From the IMG/VR virus record IMGVR_UViG_3300001528_000534, positions 64,001-128,000 of that record: a stretch of 64,000 nucleotides of DNA; one strand, given 5' to 3'. The first letter of the stretch is position 1. Each line of letters opens with the position of its first letter. The translations under genes and the position numbers were made by a program. This stretch comes from a virus. Taxonomy: Duplodnaviria > Caudoviricetes. Below, one piece after another: positions 13,609 to 24,949 of the stretch. Below the pieces are notes generated by a model. The model was not told where the DNA came from. It did no database searches and saw nothing but the letters and a program-made list of their open reading frames with translations.

Positions 13609-16218
13609 ATGGCATCAAAAGAAATATTTCCGCCTATTGTTGAAACTTATATGCCAGCTTTTTTATTATCAGATGGAGAGTGTAGAATTTATTTCTCACT
13701 CTCTTCTTATAATACAGAAGAAGATATTTTAAGAAAAGTACAAATTTCCATTAGGAATTAGAATACTAATAAAACTGAATTTAATATTAATAAAGCTACT
13801 GGCGGCTATCCTATGGGAATTAAAATTCAAGAATACTTGTATGATACTGAAAAAGATATGTATTATATAACAATAGCAGATTCAGATTTAGCAGAGTCTT
13901 TTAGAAATAATACTTATTATAAAGTTCAATTAAGATTTATTTCTGCGGTAGAAGTTGCTTCAGGAAATGTTCCTTCAAAACCTACTTCTGATTGGTTGAA
14001 TGCTAATTTAGATGCTTTTTCAGAATGGTCAACAGTATGTTTGATTAAAGGAATTTCTGACCCAACTTTAAAAATTAATATTTTTCCTCCTGCGGGAGTA
14101 GAAGAGGACTTGTCTGATAGGCATATTTCTTTAGGTACTTAGTTAGGTACTATTGTAGGAAGATTAACTTTTAAAAATACAACAGAGTCAGAAACTTTAA
14201 AAAGTTATAGAATAAAAATTTATAAAGTAGATGATGCAACTGCCGCACAAACTTTAATTGTAGATAGCGGTATATAGTATCCTACTTAGACAAATGAAAT
14301 AAATTATACTATTAAAAAAATTTTAGATGAATCATTTTTATACAAAGTATATATTGAATTAATAACTAAAAATTTATTTAGTTGGACTCCATATTATACT
14401 TTTAACATTAATACTTCATAGGGAGACCCCTTTGAAGAAGCTATTTTGTCTGTTCAAGAAGATTCGGAGAACGGTAGAGCTATTATTAAAGTTTCTTTTA
14501 AAGAAGATTTTGCAGATAATTTAGTGATTCGTAGAACTTCTAGTGAAACTAATTTTTCAGAATGGGAAGATATCTCAATTAAGAATTTGGATTTAAAGAA
14601 AAATGCTCTTTATATTTGGTATGATTATACTATTAAAAGTGGAGTCTGGTATAAATACGCAATTCAAAAAGGAGAGTCTTCTGGAAAGAGAAGCTTAGCT
14701 ATTATAAGTAATCCTATTATGGCAATTTTTTCAGACATCTTTTTAAATTCTGGAAATAAGCAATTAAGAATTAAATATAATCCTTCAATAGATTCTTTTA
14801 AATCAAATATTGTTGAAAGTAAAACTGATACCATTGGTTCAAGATATCCTTTTTTCAATCGTAATAGCATGGTAAATTATAAATCTTTTTCTATTGGTGG
14901 ACTTATTACTTTTTTAAGTGATATTGAAACCTCTCTTATTTTAGAGGAAGAAGAAGGTAAATTAATTGATTTAAATGACGAAAATTTATTCATTTCAAAA
15001 AATAACTTATTTGGAGAAGAAGTGAATAAGCTTTATGAAGAATATAATGATAATCATAATATAACTTTATATAATGATTTTATTTACGAAAGAGCTTTTA
15101 GGGAAGAAGTTATGAATTTTCTTCAAAGTAATACAGTTAAGCTTTTTAGGTCAACTCCTGAAGGTAACTTATTAGTAAAGATTATGGATATTAATTTTAG
15201 TCCTGACCAAAGTTTAGGTAGATATGTTTATAGTTTTCAAGCTACTGCTTATGAAGTAGCGGATTGCTCTATTGAAAATTATGATAAATATAATATTTAG
15301 CAGATAGGTGATTTTTTACCTGTTTCTGCAAAAGATGTTGAAACTGTTACCTATAATATTCTAGGACAAGTGTAGTATGAAGATAATTCTATAAATGTTG
15401 TAAATAAAATTTTAGATAAATTAAAAGCTCAAACAGCAGGTCAAGTGAAAGTTAAAGGATATAATTATTTAAAAATAGATTTCCAAGATTCTCCATATTA
15501 TATTAAGAATACGGATAAAGGTCCTATATTAAGCAGCTTTGAAGATTCTGCCGCATATTTAGGATATATTATTACTTTAAATTAGAAAAATATTGCTATT
15601 AATGAAAATGGTATTTATGAACTAAATAGTGAAGATGATTTATATAATATTACATCTTTATATTGTTAGGGAAAATGTTTAATAGATTATATTGTAAAAG
15701 CGGAAGTTTCAGAAAAGAATGAAAACTATACAATTTCACAATAGACTATAAAAACAAATAAAAATATAATTTATACTAAAGAAATTTCTTAGTTATCAGG
15801 CATCTTTTAGTATAATGTTTAGTTATCAAAATATTTAAAGAGCGATTATATTACAAATTTAGACCTTTCTGCTGATGAAAATACTTGTTGGGAAATTACT
15901 TTTGATAACAAAATTAGTTATTATATTCTTGGAAAAACAGAGTTACTTGCTTTAGATAATGTTATTATAAAAGATATTGTTCCAAAAGGAATAGCAATTC
16001 CCGCAAATGAATATAATACTAAAAAAATAAAAATAGAGAATGATAAATTATATTATTTATATAAAAATAAATGGGTAATTTGTACACCTTATGCTTATGT
16101 AGAGGATAGACCTGAAGAGTGCTCTATTGAAAATTATTAGGATAGTGATTTCTTAGAATTAAATATTGACACAGAAGCTATTATAAATTATACTTATGAA
16201 AGAGAGGAAACATATTAA
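13609..16218 (+). CDS. Putative tail/baseplate structural protein (~869 aa, code 15)
   Basis: AAGGAG RBS, ATG 13609 (MASKEIFPPIVETYMPAF); frame-1 fragments 13813 and 14446 join; TAATG overlap with the next gene; beta-rich, includes KLFRSTPEGNLLVKIMDINFSP. Confidence 0.7.
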
Positions 16219-18107
16219 TGAAAATTATAGAATCTGAATATTTAAAAGATGATAAATTTCTTTCTTTAATAGACTCTCTTTAGATTAAAGAATAGTATAT
16301 TAAATTAACTCTTTTAACTTGGGATGAAGAACCTATTGAAGATATCGAAGGATACAGTACCGGTGGCAATTTAAATTTAGATGGAAATTCTAGTATTAGA
16401 AGAACTTGCAATTTAGAAATGGTTTCTCCTGATACAGATTTAGATTTTTTTAATCTCAATAGAATGATTAGTTTAAATAAAAAAGTATATTTATGGATAG
16501 GAATAAAGAATACTACTTCTCAATATACTAATTATCCTATCATATGGTTCCCTTAGGGAATGTACATCATGATGTCACCTTCTATTTCTCATACTTCTAA
16601 TGGTATTTCTATTTCTCTTTCCCTTCAAGATAAAATGTGTTTATTAAATGGAACTTGCGGCGGCACCCTCCCCGCTTCAGTTACTTTTCATGAAATAGAA
16701 GAAGAAATAGACGGCAAAGTTGTCATTAATAAACCAACAATATATCAAATTATTCAAGAGCTTGTGAATCATTTTGGAGGACAAGATTTAAGTAAAATTA
16801 TAATTGAAGGATTAGATACGAGAGTTAGACAAGTTATGAAATGGAATGGAGATGAGCCTATTTATCTTCATGAATTTTCTGATGGTCAAACAGTTTAGAG
16901 ATATTTTTCTTACGATGCTGGAGGTAAGAAATTTGACCCCGGTTATGATATTGGATATATTTATACCGATTTTACCTATCCGGGGGAACTAATTGGAGAT
17001 GCAGGGAGCACTGTTTGTGACATTCTCGATGAAATTAAAGAAACATTAGGCAATTATGAATATTTTTTTGATATTTATGGAAATTTTGTTTTTCAAGAAA
17101 TAAGAAATTATTTAAATACTACTAAAGCAACTTCTGATTTAAATGATTTAGAAAAAGATAATAATTATGTTATAGATATATCAAATGGAAAAAGAGCTTA
17201 TTCTTTTGACGAAAATTTATTAGTTACTTCTTTTTCTAATGCGCCTTCTTTTGATAATATTAAAAATGATTTTTTAGTATGGGGTATGAAGACTACTGCT
17301 AGTGGCAATACTTTACCTATTCGATATCATTTATCTATTGATGAAAAGCCTCAGGTAGGGAATACTTATTCTATAAAAGTCAAAAGAGATGAAGATAATA
17401 AAATTATAAATGTTTATCCTGCTGATATGGAAATAGAAGATACAGAAACTATTACTATTATAACAAAAGATTGGCGGACAGAATTGTATTTATAGGGAAC
17501 AATGTCCGAAACTTTAGGGGTAGAATACAATTATTATTATACTGAATTAATGAATGAATGGTTGAAATTGTATGATATTGAAAATGGAAAATTTTATGAT
17601 GATTTAGTAATTACAGATTTAGATTTTTATTTGGATTTTATTGATACAAATGCATCTATTGGAGATTTTAATATTAAAAATATTGGACGTAGAAGTAAGG
17701 TATTAGTTGATGACAAAATAAATTGCTTGTTTGAACCAGAAATTCCAAACATAATTATTTTAGAAGCGGGAAATGATGATTTGTCTTCTCTAAAACAAGA
17801 GTGTGAAAATAGAGGAGAAGAATGGATTTAGGTTAATCCAGATATTTATAATAATATGGTTATGGGCGGTCAATTTAATAGTGCATTATATGCAATTAAA
17901 GATTTACTTTATCAATATACTAATTATAATGAAAGTATAACCATTCAAGCGATACCTGTATTTCATTTAGAGCCGAATATTAGAATTGGTGTTGTAGATA
18001 ATGAAAGTGGTATTAATGGTGATTATATGATTAACAATATTTCATTGCCTTTAGAACCCGGCGGAGAAATGTCGATATCAGCAATAAAAGCGTTATAGAA
18101 GATTTGA
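16218..18107 (+). CDS. Putative tail hub/baseplate protein (~629 aa, code 15)
   Basis: ATG overlapping the previous stop; fragments 16560, 17286, 17502 and 17856 are in one frame; motifs GNLNLDGNSSIRRTCNL, LQDKMCLLNGTCGGTLP, YEYFFDIYGNFVFQ, GDYMINNISLPL resemble tail-hub proteins; stop TGA 18105. Confidence 0.7.
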
Positions 18108-18116
18108 GGTGAAATA

Positions 18117-18650
18117 ATGATAGGTCAATTAATAAAATCAGATAGCACAAAATATATAACTAATCTTAATTATAATAAAATTAATGAGTAGACTTTTAAA
18201 ATTAATTTTAATAAAGGTAGTAAATATTATATTAAAATTTAGTTTGATATTAGCGAAACTCCGCAAGATGTATAGGTATACCTGTCTACAGACAGTTCTG
18301 TTTTACAAGAAAATAAGATTGATATTTTTTATTTCCCAGAGGAAACTCCTTTGACAAAAGAAATTGTTATAGCGCCTAATAAAGATTATAATTTTATATA
18401 TATATCTTTTAGTCAAGAAACAGTTGCTATTATTAATTTATAGATATATAAAATTGAAAATATTTTACCCGTTGCAGAAGTCAATAAAATAGGCGTTTGG
18501 GGAAATCCTTCTTAGATATTATGCATTAATGGAGAGAAAATTCAAATTGGAAGAACAGGTATCTATGAAATTTATAATTAGGATATTTTAATTAATTTTA
18601 TAGGTGTTATTCCACAAGAAACAAATTTTATTATAGATTATGAATATTAA
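18117..18650 (+). CDS. Hypothetical virion protein (177 aa, code 15)
   Basis: GAGGTG RBS, ATG 18117, read through several TAGs, ends ...INGEKIQIGRTGIYEI...FIIDYEY TAA. Missed by the ORF track. Confidence 0.7.
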
Positions 18651-18667
18651 AGAGGAGGGTATAAATT

Positions 18668-20299
18668 ATGGGTAGTTTTTATGGCGGACGTAGAGGCGCC
18701 TCCGCATAGATAGTTAAAACATATAATTCTTATTCAGAAATGGAAACTGACTTTTCTTCTTCTGATTGTTCTGTTGGATATAATGAATATGTTATTGTAA
18801 ATGAAAATGATTAGAGTATATTATACAAAAAAACTTTTACTGTGCCAGAAAAAATTGGTTCTTTAATGCCAAATAAAGATTTAAAAGTAATAGATTTTGA
18901 TATTGCTCTTAAATCTTATGAGGATATAAAATCAGAAACTGGAGCTGTTGAAAAAGAATCTACTTTAGAAAATGGAGATATAATTCCGGGCAAAGAAACT
19001 ATTAACGGAGAAATTAAATATAATGATAAATTATATTATATTTATAACAATATTTTAAATGGAGAAGGAGATACCGTTATTTCAGAGATAGGTGTTAAAG
19101 TTCCTTATTCTGTAATAGATTTTTCTGCGGATATTTTAGAAGGAGACAATGACGCTTCTCATCCTCTATTATCTTAGATTTTTGAAAAAGATGAAAAAGG
19201 ATAGAATATTATACATCCTTTTTCATCTTCTTGGCATTTTAATATCCCACGAGGCAAATCTGGCTCAAGTATTAAAAATTTAAGGGTATTAAGTGCAGAT
19301 TCTATTTCTAAATAGAAAATAGCCTTAGTTAATAGACCTCAGATACCAGAAGGAGATATTCAAAATTCTATTTAGTATTTAATTTATGATGAATATAATC
19401 CTATTACCGATACAACTTTAACTTATTATTTAGGAAATTCAACGTAGATAGAAGATATTTCTTTATCTAACAATGGAACTCTAACTGTTAAATATGAAGG
19501 TGGTAGAATTGTATCTTTTGATAGAGTGATTAAATGGATAAAAGATATTTCCATTTCTGATGATGGGACTATTACTATAGAATATAACGATGATAATTCT
19601 GACATTTTTGAAAAGAAAATTCGTTCAATTTCTGATTTGTCTTTTGATGAAAACGGAAAATTTATTATTTCAGATAATCAAAATAATGTTATTAATCAAG
19701 AAATCAAATGGATTAAAGATGTTCAAATAAATGAGCAAACTTAGAAAATTAATATTACTTATAATATCCTCGATAATGAAGGGAAAAATATAACTACAGA
19801 AATAGGTTCTCCTCTTAATTATATTGTAAGAACTGCAATAGATAATAATTATAATTTATTAATTTATAATAGCGACCCTGAAATAAGAAAAAAGCTTGGC
19901 TCTTCTGCAGTTACTTATGATGGTTTAGAAGGATGGTAGAATTTAGGAAATATTAAAGAGGATAGTGGAATCCTTATTGGTAAAAATTATGAAAATTTAA
20001 ATAATTATAGCCAAGAAAATATTATTAAAAAATTAAATACAGATTATCCAAAAGGTTTATTAAATTTAGATAAAGGTAAAGTAATAACTGTTGGTGCAAA
20101 CAATCAAATTAAATCTTTTTATGCTTTTGATTATGACTAGAATACGTGGTATTTTTTAGGGAAAATTGGAGATTTAAGCAGATACCCTAACTCTGGAGTT
20201 TTTGTTGGAAAATCTGATTTTAATACCAACGATAAATTAGAATCTTTGAATGTTGGCGGTTTTTGGTTCGTTACTTATGGAGAGGACGATGAAACATGA
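18668..20299 (+). CDS. Putative structural protein (~543 aa, code 15)
   Basis: GAGGAGG RBS, MGSFYGGRRGASAQIVKTY; frame-2 fragments 18842 and 19526; repeated IKWIKDI / DISLSNNG-type beta units; stop TGA 20297. Confidence 0.7.
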
Positions 20300-20541
20300 T
20301 TTTATCTTATTAGGGTTCTATTAATAAACATTTTAATAAAGGAGAAGAAGTTATTTCTTCTCCTTCTTTTTTTAAGCAAATAGGAATAGAAATATTAAAA
20401 GATTTTCCTATTAATGTTATTATTAATAATCAATCTTTTACTATTAATTCTAATAGAATTTTTGAGTTAGAAAATATACAAATTAATAGTTTAAAATTTA
20501 GTAATCCAGTGGATGCGGCAATCACCTATATCTTAGGCTAA
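20296..20541 (+). CDS. Small hypothetical protein (81 aa)
   Basis: ATGA overlap with the previous gene; MILSYQGSINKHFNKGEEV...AAITYILG TAA. Confidence 0.65.
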
Positions 20542-20544
20542 ACT

Positions 20545-20590
20545 GGGCAAGTTCAGATAATTTTCTCATTTTGAAATACATATTATATAG
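20545..20590 (+). promoter_or_regulatory. Putative phage late/middle promoter GG-N10-ATAA-N18-CATAT driving the six-gene operon
   Basis: GG 20545, ATAA 20557-20560, CATAT 20579-20583; identical spacing at 7870, 13052, 21662 (+) and 26278, 31121 (-). Confidence 0.6.
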
Positions 20591-20642
20591 TGAAAAATCA
20601 CAGATGAAATAAAATATTTCAAAATAGGAAGAAGGTTTATAA

Positions 20643-21125
20643 ATGAATTTCCCTAATTACAATGGTGCTACCAATTATTATAGTGGATATTAGCAATATC
20701 CATAGATACCTTATAATAATAATTTCCAAGGAAATAATTTTAATTAGCCTTTGTCTCAATAGAATACTGCTCCTCAACAATTTAATTTATAGGCTCCTAA
20801 TACGCTGAATGGAAAAATAGTTGAAAGTAAAGATATTGTTTCTGTTACAGAAATTCCTTTAGGTGGATATGGGTTATTCCCAAAAGCTGATTTAAGCGAA
20901 ATTTATGTAAAGGTTTGGAATAATTCTGGAACAACTGAAACACTTACTTTTAAGCCAGTAGCAAAAGAAAATGCTGTAAACCAAGAAAATACAATGAATG
21001 TTATTCTAGAAAAGATAAATGCTTTAGAAAATAAAATTAATTCATTATTACCTATTTCTTCATCGCAAGAACCAAAATAGGAAATATAGGAAATAAGAAG
21101 AGAGGTAAGTGCAAATGCCTACTAA
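20643..21125 (+). CDS. Operon gene 1: Q/N/Y/P-rich N-terminus plus conserved-looking globular domain (160 aa, code 15)
   Basis: MNFPNYNGATNYYSGYQQYPQ...LNGKIVESKDIVSVTEIPLGGYGLFPKADLSEIYVKVWNNSGTTETLTFKP; TAA 21123. Confidence 0.8.
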
Positions 21126-21357
21126 TCCAATGATGTTTTTAATGTCTATGCTAAAAAATGGAGCTAATCCTTAGCAATTAGCTCTTTCTATGTTACAATA
21201 GCAAGCAGGTAATAATCCCATGATGAATAATTTATTGCAATTAGCACAGAATGGAAAAGGTGTCGAAATTGAATAGATTGCTCGGAATATTATGAAAGAA
21301 AAAGGTTTAGATTTTGATAAAGAGTTTAATAGTTTTAAAAATAATTTAGGACTATAA
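21115..21357 (+). CDS. Operon gene 2: small Met/Gln/Asn-rich helical protein (80 aa)
   Basis: GAGG RBS; MPTNPMMFLMSMLKNGANPQQLALSMLQQQAGNNPMMNNLLQLAQNG...; overlaps gene 1. Confidence 0.8.
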
Positions 21358-21398
21358 AACTTTAGAATATAATGATATATTTAAGGAGGAATTAACGT

Positions 21399-22979
21399 AT
21401 GTTTAATTCAAACACAAGTGGCTACAGTTTAAGTGATATTGCAGCTGCAACAGGAAATGACAGGAATAATAACGACTGCTTTGGCGGAAATGGAGCTTGG
21501 TAAATTTTATCTGCCAAGGGTAAATCGCGGAATTAAGCGGGAAAGCTGAAATGCCAATCCGAACCGAAGGCTATAGTTACTATAGTCAGGGGCAACGCAT
21601 AGAGAGTGAAAAGATATAATCTCTCCACGAGGCCGCGACATTTTTAAGTCATAAAATCAATGGACATGGTAGGATAATTATCCCCCTTTTATTTTCAAGT
21701 ATATATGTGAAATAAATTTAAAGGAGAATTTTACTATATGGCACCAAAAATGTTAACACTTGAAGATTATGAAATTACAAGAGATGGACAAGTAATTAAT
21801 AAACATACCAATCATGTTCTAAAACCACAGCCAAATGCAAAAGGATACTTAAGAGTATCCATTGGCAAAAAATTAGTTTTTGTACATCGTTTAGTAGCTA
21901 AAAAATATATATCTAACCCAAATAACCTACCTCAAGTAAATCACAAAGATGGAAACAAATTAAATAACAATATGGAAAATTTAGAATGGGTAAGCAATTT
22001 AGAAAATAGGGCTCATGCAGTAAAAACTGGATTACATTTATCTGGTGAAAAAGCTACTAATCATAAATTAAATTGGGATTCAGTAGAATATATAAGAAAG
22101 CATCCTGAAATTCCAAGTTCTGAGTTAGCAGAAGAATTTGGAGTATCAAGAGCCACTATAAACGATGTAAAAAAATATCGTACTTGGAAAATTAAAAATG
22201 ACTTAAATAGTTGAAAAGATATGCTGAACTAATACGAAAGGTAAGTATTAGAATTATAGGATAAAAAACCTATAAGATAACAATATAATGGGATTATTAT
22301 TCTTTTCTTATTCTGTTTTGCAGGCGGATGGGGCAATGGTCGCGGAGGTCTTTTCGGAGGAGAAGGAGCTACCGCTTCAGGAATCACAGATGGCTATATT
22401 TTAACATCTGATTTTGCAAATCTTGAAAGAAAAATTGATGGTGTAAATAATGGTCTTTGTGATGGCTTCTATGCTATGAATACTGGTATGCTCAATGGCT
22501 TTAACACTTTAGGAAACAATATTCAAAGTGCTCAAGCTGCTGTGACTGCCGCAGTTAATGCTGATACTATTGCAAATATGTAGAATACAAATAGTCTTAC
22601 AGCTCAGTTAACAGGTTTAGGCACTCAACTTCAGCAATGTTGCTGCGATTAGAGATATGAGTCCGCTACTCAGTTTGCTAATTTAAATTACAATCTTGCT
22701 GACCAGTCTTGCCAAACACGCAGAACAATTACAGATGCTTCTAAAGACATAATTGCAAATCAAGATGCAAATACTCGTTCAATTCTTGATTTCTTAACTC
22801 AGGATAAGATTGCTTCTCTTACAGCAGAAAATCAGTCTCTTAAATTTGCTGCTTCTCAACAAGCACAAAATAACTATCTTGTTCATGCAATCAATCCTGC
22901 ACCCGTTCCTGCATATGTTGTAGCAAATCCTTATTGCAATTGCAACACTTATAACGGATGCGGATGCGCTAATATCTGA
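21399..22979 (+). CDS. Operon gene 3: Gly-flanked hydrophobic segment, long coiled coil and Cys-rich tail (263 aa spliced; exons 21399-21501 and 22291-22979)
   Basis: AAGGAGG RBS. Joining ...GCT TGG T | GG ATT ATT ATT... gives FGGNGAWWIIILFLFCFAGGWGNGRGG, then LQQCCCD...QDKIASLTAENQSLKFAASQQAQNNYL...NPYCNCNTYNGCGCANI TGA. Confidence 0.85.
21502..22290 (+). mobile_element. Group I intron (789 nt) in operon gene 3, HNH endonuclease in P8
   Basis: Exon ends in U, intron ends in G; P1 cttggU/Gccaag; P3 tcgcgg/ccgcga; P7 GCATA/TATGC; stem tttaagtcat/atgacttaaa encloses the ORF; removal restores the reading frame. Confidence 0.9.
21738..22214 (+). CDS. Intron-encoded HNH homing endonuclease
   Basis: VHRLVAKKYISNPNNLPQVNHKDGNKLNNNMENLEW HNH motif (I-HmuI-like) plus C-terminal HTH. 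Confidence 0.9.
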   Translation: MAPKMLTLEDYEITRDGQVINKHTNHVLKPQPNAKGYLRVSIGKKLVFVHRLVAKKYISNPNNLPQVNHKDGNKLNNNMENLEWVSNLENRAHAVKTGLHLSGEKATNHKLNWDSVEYIRKHPEIPSSELAEEFGVSRATINDVKKYRTWKIKNDLNS

Positions 22980-22998
22980 TTAATGGGAGGAATGAGAT

Positions 22999-23418
22999 AT
23001 GGAAATTACAGCTAACGCAGTGTAGACTGTTGCTGCTAATCAAAATGTTCTTTTTAATGAAACAGCAGTTTCAGGTTCTTGCTCAATCCTCCACAGAGAA
23101 GGTTCAGGTCTCGTAACTTTACGAGGCTTGACCAATCAGTGTAGAGCAAGATTTAAAGTAACATTTGGTGCTAATATTGCTGTTCCTACGGGTGGAACTG
23201 CAGGTGCTATTTCATTAGCTTTAGCTATAAGCGGAGAACCTGTGAATACAACTTCAATGATAGTAACACCTGCCGCAGTCGCAGAATATTTTAATGTAGC
23301 TAGCAGTATATATTTAGACGTACCTAAGAATTGTTGCTTAACAATAGCTGTTGAGAATACTTCAACTCAAGCTATTGATGTATAGAATGCTAATTTAATT
23401 GTAGAAAGGGTGGCTTGA
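22999..23418 (+). CDS. Operon gene 4: beta-sandwich protein, possibly BclA C-terminal/C1q-like (139 aa)
   Basis: GGGAGG RBS; MEITANAVQTVAANQNVLFNETAVSGSCSILHREGSGLVTLRG...FKVTFGANIAVP...QNANLIVERVA TGA. The fold is inferred from the strand pattern only. Confidence 0.7.
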
Positions 23419-23423
23419 TTTAA

Positions 23424-23912
23424 ATGGAAAATTTAAAAACTATGAAAAATTAGCTTATCTCTTTAGTACAAAATTAGCTAACTCACACAGAAACTGTGGA
23501 TACAAAAGAATTGGGCGAAGCAGTTGATATGATAAAAGATTTGGCAGAAACAATCTATTATTGTACAATAACTGAAGCTATGGAAGAAAAAGAGCATCAC
23601 AAAGAAGAAAATTCTTATTACAAATATTATGAAGAACGTCCTATGGGTATGAAAGATAATATGAGAATATCAAGAGATTGGGATTCATCAAGAGAAGGCT
23701 CAAATCCTAAAGACGGTCGTAGTCATATTACTCGTAGATATTATATGGAATCTAAAGAAAAACACTTAGATAATGCTACTACTATGAAAGAATTGGAGCA
23801 TTATCTCTCTGAATTGTCTTCTGATATAGCTGAAATGATAGAAGGCGCAACTCCAGAGGAAAAAATTCTTTTACAATAGAAATTAACAACATTAGTTAAT
23901 AAAATTAAATGA
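23424..23912 (+). CDS. Operon gene 5: charged helical protein (162 aa)
   Basis: MENLKTMKNQLISLVQNQL...DTKELGEAVDMIKDLAETIYYCTI...ATPEEKILLQQKLTTLVNKIK TGA. Confidence 0.8.
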
Positions 23913-24217
23913 CTATAACTATTAATAATATAGTTTGGAATATCTCCTTTGAGCCTGCGGATTCTCCTAAATTAAGAAAACATTTAGGAGAATTTTCCGT
24001 AGGAGTATGTGATTTACAAAATCATTGCATATATATAAATGAGAATGCGAGAGGAGATTTTTTGAAGAAAATCCTTCTTCATGAAATTACTCATGCTTTT
24101 ATATATTCATATGATTTATCTTTTGATTATCTTAAAGAAGAATATATTGCAGATTTTGTTGCTTCTTATGGAGAAGCAATATTAGATATTTATAAAAAAA
24201 TAAAGGGAACAGTATGA
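23909..24217 (+). CDS. Operon gene 6: small HEXXH zinc-metallopeptidase-like protein
   Basis: GVCD...CIYIN...ILLHEITHAF...EEYIAD zincin motif; ATGA overlap with gene 5. Confidence 0.75.
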   Translation: MTITINNIVWNISFEPADSPKLRKHLGEFSVGVCDLQNHCIYINENARGDFLKKILLHEITHAFIYSYDLSFDYLKEEYIADFVASYGEAILDIYKKIKGTV

Positions 24218-24253
24218 TTATTAATATATCAACTGTTCCCTTTATTTTTTTTT
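24194..24253. terminator. Bidirectional terminator between convergent arms
   Basis: aaaaaaataaagggaacagt...actgttccctttattttttt inverted repeat with A- and T-runs on either side. Confidence 0.85.
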
Positions 24254-24767
24254 ACCATTCTAAAAATGTTTCTTGAGTATTACTGCCAGAATTTTTTTGA
24301 ATGTAAGCATAACCTATTCCAATGGCATCAGCGGTATCATCATTAATATCTTCTTTTATATTGAATGTTGTTTTTACATAAGAGATATCTTCTTGTTTAA
24401 GCTATTCTCTTTTAATACCTCTACCTTGGGCAATACCGCAAACTTTTCGCCATTCACTTGGATATAAAAATTCTACCTTTAAATTATACTTTTCATGCAT
24501 TAATAAGACAATCATTGCTTGAAGCCACATTAAAGCTTTATAAGTTTTAATATTATTACCCAATTCTGGGCGGACTTCTTCTAAAATTACACATTCTATT
24601 GGTGACTAAATTTTCTCTATAATCTATATGATTTCTTTTTTCATCTTATCTAATCGGCATAATAAATCAGAAGAGCTGGCGGTAAAATATCCATATTGCA
24701 TTAATTTTTCTTTATCAAAAATAGCGTAGCCTGTACTTTTTGTACTAGCATCTAAAGCTAAAATCAT
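24252..24767 (-). CDS. RuvC-like Holliday junction resolvase (171 aa, code 15)
   Basis: MILALDASTKSTGYAIFD...VILEE...YPSEWRKVCG...NDDTADAIGIG; RNase H-fold acidic residues; missed by the ORF track because of TAGs. Confidence 0.85.
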
Positions 24768-24794
24768 TAATTGACACCCACTTTCATTTTTTAA

Positions 24795-24823
24795 ATTATA
24801 TCATATTTTTTTAAAAAAGTCAA
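24795..24823 (-). promoter_or_regulatory. SigmaA-type promoter TTGACT-N17-TATAAT with extended -10
   Basis: Direct consensus match upstream of the RuvC-like gene; similar elements precede most minus-strand units (about 36790, 38040, 45235, 47770, 49755, 52210, 57040, 59465, 61030, 61100). Confidence 0.8.
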
Positions 24824-24830
24824 AAAAAAA

Positions 24831-24863
24831 TTAGGATTTTACATTTTTTATGTAAAATCCTAA
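24831..24863 (-). terminator. Hairpin terminator downstream of dUTPase
   Basis: ttaggattttacat...atgtaaaatcctaa inverted repeat, with a T-run on the minus strand. Confidence 0.7.
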
Positions 24864-24949
24864 TTAACAAATTTTGATTCTAAAAAAATCAAAAGGCTAT
24901 CTTAAATTTAAGATACGATAGTCTACGTTCCGCCAGCTATAAACATTTA

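Noticed and set aside
1-20541. Apparent field of pseudogenes or fragmented ORFs
   Set aside because: Breaks are in-frame TAGs with no frameshifts seen; explained by code 15.
24880-24949. Short structured-looking sequence after dut (tatcttaaatttaagata palindrome, gatagtct)
   Set aside because: No tRNA cloverleaf or T-loop and too short for an intron core; a specific ncRNA call cannot be supported.
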